A stretch of 63,936 nt of DNA, the filler included, from an uncultured Methanosarcinales archaeon (lineage in GTDB: Archaea > Nanobdellota > Nanobdellia > Woesearchaeales > CALCXY01), in assembly GCA_964385185.1 (NCBI GenBank). It is 3 parts of 3 records of this genome, joined end to end, with 100 filler letters (N's around TTAATTAATTAA, not from the genome) between each part and the next. Parts side by side here need not be neighbours in the genome. Positions count along the whole stretch, not along the records: positions 23,528 to 46,743 come from CAYLOA010000020.1; 2 more parts are not named here. One strand, given 5' to 3'. The notes beneath the pieces were generated by a model. It searched no databases, was not told the origin of the DNA, and saw only the letters and a program-made list of their open reading frames with translations. Below, piece after piece: positions 30,954 through 38,851 of this stretch. Position numbers and translations under genes: made by a program. Each line of letters begins with the position of its first letter. Position 1 is the first letter of the stretch.

Positions 30954-31328
30954 TCACCTCAGATTCTCCTCTAAATTTTGCAAACTATTTTTCATAGTTT
31001 GATACGCTTGAATAGTTTTGAGAACATCTTGTAGATTTGGAGAGGATGTATTCGTAGGGGTTGATTGTGGTTTTGTTTGACCAGTTAATGCTTGTAGTCC
31101 TTTGAATTGATGATCAGCATCACCAAGATAGATTTCATTTTGTTGTTGAACCAAAGGATATGATTTTTCAAGTTGATTGGAGTTGAGAAATACAGATTCA
31201 TCTTTTCTGATGATGGTATAGTCTCTATCTTTTGCTGCCTGATAACCGAGGTAACTTCCCGAAATAAAAGATCCAGTTATACTACCCATTAGCATTCCAA
31301 TTCCAATTGTTTTTGATATAATTCCCAT
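30954..31328 (-). CDS. Small N-terminally membrane-anchored protein, first gene of AAA-vWA operon
   Basis: Gly-rich hydrophobic N-terminus (IGIGMLMGSITGSFISGSYLG), 124 aa. Confidence 0.7.
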   Translation of the reverse strand: MGIISKTIGIGMLMGSITGSFISGSYLGYQAAKDRDYTIIRKDESVFLNSNQLEKSYPLVQQQNEIYLGDADHQFKGLQALTGQTKPQSTPTNTSSPNLQDVLKTIQAYQTMKNSLQNLEENLR

Positions 31329-31341
31329 TGTTTCCCCATAG

Positions 31342-31447
31342 CTCCCGCTAATTTGAATTATAATTTGAAAACTGTAGAACCACCAGTCCCCTAGAGGACG
31401 GTGATGCTACAGTGTGTTGAGCCACTAGCCCAACGGTTGCGGGTTCT
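31342..31447 (-). ncRNA. Putative structured 5' leader / cis-regulatory RNA
   Basis: On the minus strand an outer CCCGC/GCGGG pairing encloses the GTTGGGC/GCTCAAC hairpin and a long ACTGTAG...CTACAGT hairpin. GC-rich against AT-rich flanks. Confidence 0.35.
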
Positions 31448-31680
31448 AATATTATATTACATTTACAGGTTAATAACTCCTTCTCAAAAAAATTGTAAAA
31501 TTATTTGGAGGATTTGGAGACTTTTAGGTAGTCAAGATGAAAAAATCTGAAATGAGTCTCTTATAGAGTGATTATTTCGGACTTCCCGGAATAGGACAAA
31601 TTTGTCGTCTTAATTTGTGAATATCATGTATCTACTCAACACCATATATAATTATAAAGAATTATGGCTCAAATGTAAGC

Positions 31681-32295
31681 ATGGTTACACCTATAAAGAG
31701 GAAAATTGTCGTCAGAGGAGACGATGATAAAGAACATCTTGGCATGGTTCATGTAATCACAGGTGATGGAAAAGGTAAAACAACCTCATCATTAGGATTG
31801 GCAATGCGAGCTCTGGGATGTGGCCTTAAAGTATACATGATTCAATTCCTAAAGGCAGGAAACACCGGTGAACATCACACGATCAAAAATCAAATGCCTG
31901 GGATGGAAATTATCCAATATGGAGTTGACGCTGTAAAGGACAGACAGAAAAAATTAGATTTCTTTACAGACAAAGGTTCTCAATTTGTTTTCAATAAAGA
32001 TGAAGATGAAAAGGAGGCGGCCATGCTAGGCTGGATGCATGCTAAGAAGATTATTGAAAGCGGAGATCATAACTTAGTAATTATGGATGAGTTAAATGTC
32101 GTGTTGCAGAAAGATCTAGTTCCAGTTGATATGGTATTAGATGTCATTAAAAGTAATCAGAATGTTGAATTGGTCTTTACCGGTAGAGAAGCTCCTGAGA
32201 AATTAACAGCAGTAGCTGATTATGTGAATCACATTCAAAGAATAAAACATCCTTGGCAGAAAGGAATTAATGCTAGAAAAGGTATAGAGTACTAA
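31681..32295 (+). CDS. cobO: Cob(I)alamin/cob(I)yrinic acid a,c-diamide adenosyltransferase (CobO/BtuR/CobA)
   Basis: TGDGKGKTTSSLGLAMRALG, IQFLK, MDELN, LVFTGR and KHPWQKGINARKGIEY motifs. Confidence 0.93.
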   Translation: MVTPIKRKIVVRGDDDKEHLGMVHVITGDGKGKTTSSLGLAMRALGCGLKVYMIQFLKAGNTGEHHTIKNQMPGMEIIQYGVDAVKDRQKKLDFFTDKGSQFVFNKDEDEKEAAMLGWMHAKKIIESGDHNLVIMDELNVVLQKDLVPVDMVLDVIKSNQNVELVFTGREAPEKLTAVADYVNHIQRIKHPWQKGINARKGIEY

Positions 32296-32326
32296 ATTTT
32301 ATATACTCTAACTTCTAAATCCTGTA

Positions 32327-32812
32327 ATGAATAAAATAATCATCTGCTCATTACTCATTTTACTCTTACCTTTAGTCTCTGGACACCTTGCAGGTGGAGA
32401 AGACCTAACTAAAGACGGTTATCTCATAGACTTCGGTTTTGAACCAAGTCCTATTAAAGAAAAGGAAAAAGTAACGTTAGCATTTAACTTATTGAACGCA
32501 GATACGTTTGAAGTCATTGAGCCATCAAGAGTCTGGATTCGTATATCCAATAAAGATAATGTGGTCTTTGCAGGTAACATGGCGCCACAAGCACAACATA
32601 TTGCATACACCTACACCTTTCCAAAAGGAGGATATTATACAATCGATACAAGATTCTTTGCAGGAGATGAATTATTAGTCGAACAAGATTTTAAAATTAA
32701 TGTAGAGTCTACAAAACGAAGTAAATCCAAATCATTCTATGTTGTAAAATTCTTAATACTACTAACCATTATCGGATTAATATACTGGTATGTTAAAAAG
32801 AAAAAACGTTAA
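32327..32812 (+). CDS. Secreted Ig-like protein with C-terminal membrane anchor
   Basis: Signal peptide, YTFPKGGYY beta motif, C-terminal TM followed by KKKKR. Confidence 0.65.
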   Translation: MNKIIICSLLILLLPLVSGHLAGGEDLTKDGYLIDFGFEPSPIKEKEKVTLAFNLLNADTFEVIEPSRVWIRISNKDNVVFAGNMAPQAQHIAYTYTFPKGGYYTIDTRFFAGDELLVEQDFKINVESTKRSKSKSFYVVKFLILLTIIGLIYWYVKKKKR

Positions 32813-34296
32813 TTCACTTTAATATTAGTATCGCCAAATGTAATCTGTCCTGGAAATTCTTTCATTAATCTTATACCGTTGGGATACATGGTTGAGTGAA
32901 ACATGATGACATTATGATTTTCATCTTCATCCAACCACATTTTTGCTTGCGCATAATCTTGTTGATCGAAAATTCGAGTAGCAACATAGTTTGCCTCTTC
33001 AAATCGTGCTTTCTTATAGAGGAGTTCTGCCTCTCCAAAGTTGTACAATTCAACAGGAATAATATCCAAAGGAAATTCATCTGCAACTAATGCAAAGTAA
33101 TTGTAAGCAGCATCATAGTACTGCAAGGCGTACACATCTCGTGGCCCCGTTGTAGAAACAATTATTTTCTCACCTCTTGTAATAACTAAAGGTGCATTAC
33201 CATACACTGCCTTTCCTTCTGTAAATTTCCAGACAGGACTTCCCACAACATCCAAATCATGGCCTAAAGCAAGATGCATAAACCGATCAGGAAAACACAC
33301 AACTTTTATGCCACTATCTGATAAATGTTTTGCAGCTTTAACTTTACCTGGAAAATCACAGTCAGAAATGACAACATTGGCAAATCTTCTGATAGATTGC
33401 TCTACCAACATATTTACTCCATGAGTGTCAACAATCATAGCTAATCTTGGAGTTAAAAACCGTGTAGTTGGGTAATAAATTTTGTCCAATGGTATTCCAA
33501 ATCTGAAGATCCCATCCTCATCAACGGCGTACCATTTTCCATCTTTTTCAGCAGCAATTGTTCCGGCAACAGAAATTGCTCGGTTTCCAATATTATCTTC
33601 TAAATCTTTAATTCTTCCACCTTCATGCCACCCTACCTCTGTTAGATCTGTGGCATTATACGTCATCCGTTCAGAAAATGTGGTTAAGAATTCTCCTTTG
33701 AAAGGGTCTTGATGTAATTGCACACCTAACCAGTCTCGAAATACTCTTTCAGATTGAGTCACCACAGTATCATCAGGCATAATCTCTATGGTTGTCGTCC
33801 CTAGTGTAATATTATCTCCAGAATCTAAATCAAGGATTGAGGTAGGATCTTCTGTCTCAAAGGTAGATTGTTCTTCAAATGATCCATCAATTATTTGTTG
33901 CAGGAGAAGTGATCTCCACCCTACTTCTAGTGTATCCCAGAATTCAATAGCTTGGATCAGATAAAAGGAAGCCTTATCATTACAGTTTAAACTTGCCATG
34001 GTTTCTAAGAGAATAGCTTCTTCCTCTACTGTAGCTGATTCATGAAATTGGAATTCATCACATGTTTTTTTGTAATACTTGGTATTATTTGTAATTCTTG
34101 CCAGAACTAAATAGGTATCTCCTCTTGCCCATCTATTTTTGGTAAATTCTAAGCTCGCTTCAAGATGTTGTGCATAATTTCCTACATCTTCGCCAGAAAC
34201 TCTTAAAACATAAGCGGGGTCAGAAGAAAGATGAGGATCATACGATACTGAACACCCTAACAACAGCAATAACACTCCAAGAATCCAATATCTCAT
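32809..34296 (-). CDS. Hypothetical lipoprotein
   Basis: MRYWILGVLLLLLG|C lipobox at ATG 34296; about 495 aa, function unknown. Confidence 0.65.
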   Translation of the reverse strand: MRYWILGVLLLLLGCSVSYDPHLSSDPAYVLRVSGEDVGNYAQHLEASLEFTKNRWARGDTYLVLARITNNTKYYKKTCDEFQFHESATVEEEAILLETMASLNCNDKASFYLIQAIEFWDTLEVGWRSLLLQQIIDGSFEEQSTFETEDPTSILDLDSGDNITLGTTTIEIMPDDTVVTQSERVFRDWLGVQLHQDPFKGEFLTTFSERMTYNATDLTEVGWHEGGRIKDLEDNIGNRAISVAGTIAAEKDGKWYAVDEDGIFRFGIPLDKIYYPTTRFLTPRLAMIVDTHGVNMLVEQSIRRFANVVISDCDFPGKVKAAKHLSDSGIKVVCFPDRFMHLALGHDLDVVGSPVWKFTEGKAVYGNAPLVITRGEKIIVSTTGPRDVYALQYYDAAYNYFALVADEFPLDIIPVELYNFGEAELLYKKARFEEANYVATRIFDQQDYAQAKMWLDEDENHNVIMFHSTMYPNGIRLMKEFPGQITFGDTNIKVN

Positions 34297-34372
34297 ATAA
34301 TTCCTACAAGATTGAGCATATTTTAATCTTTCTAACAAAACTATTAAAAACAATGAACTCAAATTCTACTAT

Positions 34373-35317
34373 ATGTCATTAGTCCTCTGGATTGCACTGT
34401 TTATCATCGGTATAGCAGCCTTAGTTAAAAGTGCAGATTACTTCACCGATGCAGCTGAAAAAATAGGATTAAGTTGGGGAATCCCTCCCTTTATTGTAGG
34501 AGTAACCATAGTTTCCATCGGAACCTCTCTTCCAGAGTTAGCATCATCTATCGTTTCTGTCTTACGAGGAGCTTCAGAAGTAGTTGCAGGAAATGTTATC
34601 GGTTCTAATATTGCAAATATCTTTTTAGTGTTGGCTGTTGCTGCCATCTTAGCAAAGCAAATGAAGATTACATATGAAGTCATGCACGTTGATCTTCCAT
34701 TACTTGTGGGGACTGCTTTTTTATTGGCAATATTTCTCTGGGATGGTCAGTTTTCTCTATTTGAAGCAATATTATCATTAGCTGCCTATGTAGTGTATTT
34801 TAGTTATACCATATATTCGGAAAAGAAAACTCGGCACAAAGATATCGATACTCAAGTAAAACATATGAAGGAACACAGTAATATTGGATCTAAATACCTA
34901 ATACTATTTTTATCAGCAATTTTTCTCTATGCGGGTGCAGAGTTAGTCATTAAATCTCTACTTTCATTATCTTCAATTTTGAATATTGGTACAGAAGTTA
35001 TTGCGGTAACTGCAGTTGCTTTCGCAACTTCATTGCCTGAATTAATGGTAGTAATCCAAGCTGCCCGTAAACATCAACCAGAAATTGCCGTAGGAAATGT
35101 GTTAGGATCAAATATCTTCAATGCAACAGTGGTTATGGGCATTCCAGCATTGTTTGGAAAATTAACCATTGCTCCTGCTTTGATTACATTTAGTTTGCCT
35201 TTAATGGTGATGGGAACCATTCTTATGATATTTATGGTGCAAGAAAAACGAATGAGCAGATGGGAAGGGTATATGTTACTGATATTCTATGTGTATTTCT
35301 TAGGATCATTGTTTTAG
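34373..35317 (+). CDS. Ca2+/cation antiporter (CaCA, YrbG-like)
   Basis: Duplicated alpha repeats GTSLPE/GNVIGSNIAN and ATSLPE/GNVLGSNIFN. Confidence 0.93.
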   Translation: MSLVLWIALFIIGIAALVKSADYFTDAAEKIGLSWGIPPFIVGVTIVSIGTSLPELASSIVSVLRGASEVVAGNVIGSNIANIFLVLAVAAILAKQMKITYEVMHVDLPLLVGTAFLLAIFLWDGQFSLFEAILSLAAYVVYFSYTIYSEKKTRHKDIDTQVKHMKEHSNIGSKYLILFLSAIFLYAGAELVIKSLLSLSSILNIGTEVIAVTAVAFATSLPELMVVIQAARKHQPEIAVGNVLGSNIFNATVVMGIPALFGKLTIAPALITFSLPLMVMGTILMIFMVQEKRMSRWEGYMLLIFYVYFLGSLF

Positions 35318-35359
35318 AAAGCAGTCGAATTTATAAGCTACATGAAGATTCCCTGCTGT

Positions 35360-36211
35360 ATGAACAGAAGGGATGTTTTACAGGGATTAGGGGGGGTTGT
35401 CGGCATCACATGGTCCAATATTGGTGCAGTGAATTATTTTAGTGAAGGAAATCCCAAAGTCAGAGTTGATACACAGATGAAGCCAAACTCTGTATTTTCC
35501 TCCAGATCTTTTAGATATGCATCTGGATTTTTGAAGCATTTTTATGATCTAGACGTTACTTTTCAACCGGCTGCAACATTCCAACAAACAGACCACCTTA
35601 CTCACTTTTCAATGCAAGAATTAAGTATATATGAACACGCCATTAATACTTTGGACAATAATTTTGTGCTTTCACCCACACATATCACTGCTATTGGGGG
35701 TCCACCCATTCGTGCAAGTCAAAAAGCAGGTGGTAATTTAATCGAAGCTCAGATTGAAGAGTCCAAGAAGTTAATGGGAGATACATTTCCTGCTATGGGG
35801 ATGAGCTATTTGATTGGACAGCAACCATGTCAACTAGATCTTGGTTATGATCTTTTACTTGATGAACCAAAATTAGCATCTATATATTACGGTGCCATCA
35901 TCGTGCATGAATTTAACCATCTTATTGGTATGTGGCATTCCGATGACTATTCTGGAGATGAGATATCGGATACAATTAATGATAAGGCAAACAATGTGAT
36001 GATGTCAAAGCTTCCTATTTCAGAAAAATATGGTGTGGAGAAAGCTCAAAGAAATTATGTTCGAGAGTATTTTGATATGGGAAAAGTTTTTCAAATGTTT
36101 AAAGATGTTGAGTATGATTATGGTTCCCACACTCAGGCTCTTGCAAAAAAAAACTCTTGGACACCTGCTACTGAGAAGCCCAATTCCTCAAAGTGTTGTC
36201 TAGACCGTTAA
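35360..36211 (+). CDS. Metzincin-type zinc metalloprotease with twin-arginine-like N-terminus
   Basis: HEFNHLIGMWH (HExxHxxGxxH) plus NNVMM Met-turn. MNRRDVLQGLGG start 23 nt after TTTATAAG. Confidence 0.7.
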   Translation: MNRRDVLQGLGGVVGITWSNIGAVNYFSEGNPKVRVDTQMKPNSVFSSRSFRYASGFLKHFYDLDVTFQPAATFQQTDHLTHFSMQELSIYEHAINTLDNNFVLSPTHITAIGGPPIRASQKAGGNLIEAQIEESKKLMGDTFPAMGMSYLIGQQPCQLDLGYDLLLDEPKLASIYYGAIIVHEFNHLIGMWHSDDYSGDEISDTINDKANNVMMSKLPISEKYGVEKAQRNYVREYFDMGKVFQMFKDVEYDYGSHTQALAKKNSWTPATEKPNSSKCCLDR

Positions 36212-37889
36212 TATCTTTGAAATATTCTGGAGTAACCACTTCTGTGCAGAAAGGAAATGCTTTATCATACGCATCAGCAGCTTCAACGAATACTTTAACA
36301 GAGTTGTCTAATTCGGAATAGAACTTAGCATTTCCAGCAGTAAGTATCCTCGCTCCAGCAATATCTTCTACTTGTAATAGTTCATGTGGGTCTACCCGTA
36401 AACTTCTTAGGGCTGGAGGATTTCTAATCTCCCAGTTCAGAATTTGTTTATTGTTTATCTGTTCTATGATGGCATCTTCAAAATGAGCTTTATAGTCTCC
36501 TTCTATAGTAACATCTGCAAACACATTATCTTCTAACACAATATGAGTTTCAGTGTTTTTATCTATATTCTCAATGATAGGATAGTATTTGACTTCAGGT
36601 TTTTCCAGTTGATAAAATATATTCTTGCCAGATTGCACTTGCACATCTCCAATCTGAAATCCTTTCCGTTTGTAATCTACTTTTCCTTTGAGGAGTAGTT
36701 CATGATTGTTAAACATACTAATAAATCCAGCATTCTCTTGGAATTGGATGGTAAACTGCTCTTTGAATGCTCTTCTCTTTATTTTATCAATCCATAACGT
36801 GTAGAAAGGGTTTTCATGCTCTATTTCAAAAGATTGTGCCCAATGTTTGTATTGTTTGAGCGCAAAGATTTCTTGGTATTTTTTTAAATTTCTAAATGAG
36901 AATCTATAGGTTCCTTCTGTGAATAATAGCGCTTCATACACTCCTTCATTTACGTCTAGAGAGAATGATTGTAGATGGGCTTTAATTCTTTCTACAAATT
37001 CATTTCCATAAAAGTAGGTAACGGTGTTTAATGTGTTAATATGATATGCTTCTGATTTGATAATAGAAACTCTCGCAGGTTCATCTTCTAGGATAGTTGT
37101 TTCAAATATCTTTACACCACTACCGCCAATCATAAAAGATGCGTTGTTAGTTAATTCTAAAGTAATATTACTACCAGGACGGTTTCCATTATAGAATGAA
37201 TTATCTCCTTTGAATGAATCTTCTTCATCCCCTCTTGCTTGCCAGAATCCATCGACAACTGGTTGTGATACTGCAGAACCTACTAAGCCATCATTTACTA
37301 TTGAAATCATAGGATTCTTCCAAGTGTATGCATGTGCTCTTGGAAAGGTAACATCCCATCTGATTAATGATCCATCAACCACTTCAAAACTACTCGGACC
37401 CACTTCATCGAAGGAAATAGGATACGGTTTAGTGAATGAAAGTTTGGTTGCTTTGTTAATTGAAAGAATGTTATCTTTAAATTCAAACTGCTCCAAATCA
37501 GATAATGTAAACGTTGACGACCCAAATGACTCAGCTGTCTCTGCTGTTATAGAACCATCTTTGGTTATTTCTACGTTGGTTGCATCTGCAAGATTTTCAT
37601 TCGATGTTGTTTCTAGAGTATTTATAGTTTCAATATTGGTGACTCCATCATTATGTGAGAATTCTCCTTCTCCTTGAAATGTAGAGACAGGACCCGTTGT
37701 CGGTTTCACAATTGTTTTTTCTGGAAGATCACCATCTGTTTCTATATTCTGTTCAATTGATTTTTGGACAGTTTCACCTGCTTCATCAGGCGACATTCCA
37801 GGAGGGAGATCTAACATAATTGAATCTTCTCCCATAGCAATACCCATAAGGAGCAAAAACATAAGACTAAGCAAAGCCAATTTCATCAT
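36168..37889 (-). CDS. Hypothetical secreted beta-rich protein
   Basis: 573 aa with signal peptide and internal GLVGSAV motif. Confidence 0.65.
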   Translation of the reverse strand: MMKLALLSLMFLLLMGIAMGEDSIMLDLPPGMSPDEAGETVQKSIEQNIETDGDLPEKTIVKPTTGPVSTFQGEGEFSHNDGVTNIETINTLETTSNENLADATNVEITKDGSITAETAESFGSSTFTLSDLEQFEFKDNILSINKATKLSFTKPYPISFDEVGPSSFEVVDGSLIRWDVTFPRAHAYTWKNPMISIVNDGLVGSAVSQPVVDGFWQARGDEEDSFKGDNSFYNGNRPGSNITLELTNNASFMIGGSGVKIFETTILEDEPARVSIIKSEAYHINTLNTVTYFYGNEFVERIKAHLQSFSLDVNEGVYEALLFTEGTYRFSFRNLKKYQEIFALKQYKHWAQSFEIEHENPFYTLWIDKIKRRAFKEQFTIQFQENAGFISMFNNHELLLKGKVDYKRKGFQIGDVQVQSGKNIFYQLEKPEVKYYPIIENIDKNTETHIVLEDNVFADVTIEGDYKAHFEDAIIEQINNKQILNWEIRNPPALRSLRVDPHELLQVEDIAGARILTAGNAKFYSELDNSVKVFVEAADAYDKAFPFCTEVVTPEYFKDINGLDNTLRNWASQ

Positions 37890-37919
37890 ACTTCACATTT
37901 AGAAATCTGAATATATAAA

Positions 37920-38402
37920 TTATTGCTTCATACTGTAAGTTTTAGCATATTTCAGCCATCCTAATGCAACTTTATTTTTGGGAGATGTTTCCAAAGCAGT
38001 TTTAATAAAGGGAATTGCCTCTGAGAATTTTCTCTCTCGACATAAATGACCTGCGTAATTAATATTTGTTTCGAAATCATCAGGGTCTAATTTTAAACTT
38101 CTTCTAAAAAGTGCATCTGCCTTTTCAGGTTCATCCATCTTTGAATATGCAGTAGCCATCCCTGCAATTATATCGTCACAATTAGGTTTAATTTTATCTG
38201 CTCTTTGATATGCCTCAAGCGATTCCTGAAACTTTCCTCGATATGCAAGCGTAGTCCCCAAATCTGCTAATCTAGTAACCTGTGCCTGTAACTTATCAGA
38301 AATACCACTATTACTAGCAATCGTTGTATCATCAGCTCTAAGATAGCCTGAACTAGGAGTTAATGCGATAATTCCTGCTAGAGTTAATTCCTTCCATACC
38401 AT
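37920..38402 (-). CDS. Secreted TPR-repeat protein
   Basis: Three TPR-like repeats (LG...G.FQES..AY.RA..I.P; A...F.RSL.LDP; A...IK.ALE.SP). Confidence 0.8.
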   Translation of the reverse strand: MVWKELTLAGIIALTPSSGYLRADDTTIASNSGISDKLQAQVTRLADLGTTLAYRGKFQESLEAYQRADKIKPNCDDIIAGMATAYSKMDEPEKADALFRRSLKLDPDDFETNINYAGHLCRERKFSEAIPFIKTALETSPKNKVALGWLKYAKTYSMKQ

Positions 38403-38462
38403 AAATACTACTTGTTTTTACCTTATTTAAAGTTATCGCTGAGAAGTGACTAATGTTGAAAT

Positions 38463-38777
38463 CTACTGTGTACTAAAAAATTCTTCATCTCTTGTATCCT
38501 CTAGATAGATCAAGTCATCTATCATTTTTAGATTATCATGAGCACATTGATAAGTAGGATCTACTTCAACGGCCAAAGCATAGAAATGTCTTGCTCCTTC
38601 TTGATCATCATCCTTATCATGCATATAATTCCCTACGTTATTCAAACTTATAGCTAGTTTCCGGGCCCTTACAGCATTAAAAAAACCATTCTCTACAACT
38701 AAATTATCTAATCCATCAGAGACTAACTATTGTTCATTCACAACAGCTGGTCCCACATACGGAAGTATATTCACCAT
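38463..38777 (-). pseudogene. Small TPR-like gene interrupted by one in-frame TAG
   Basis: ATG at 38777 (TTTTATATA about 23 nt upstream) reads 16 codons, meets TAG at 38727-38729, then continues in frame to ...ARHFYALAVEVDPTYQCAHDNL. Confidence 0.55.
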
Positions 38778-38851
38778 CCTTCAATATCTATTGTCAAAAT
38801 ATATAAAAGTATCTAACAACATTTATAAACAAAGATTTCTTGTAATTCAAT

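Noticed and set aside
31342..31447. Cobalamin riboswitch for cobO
   Set aside because: No B12-box recognisable, and cobO has its own TATA about 25 nt before its ATG, downstream of the element.
38727..38729. Alternative genetic code (TAG reassignment)
   Set aside because: Conserved genes end normally at TAG, TAA and TGA, and long ORFs read through under code 11.
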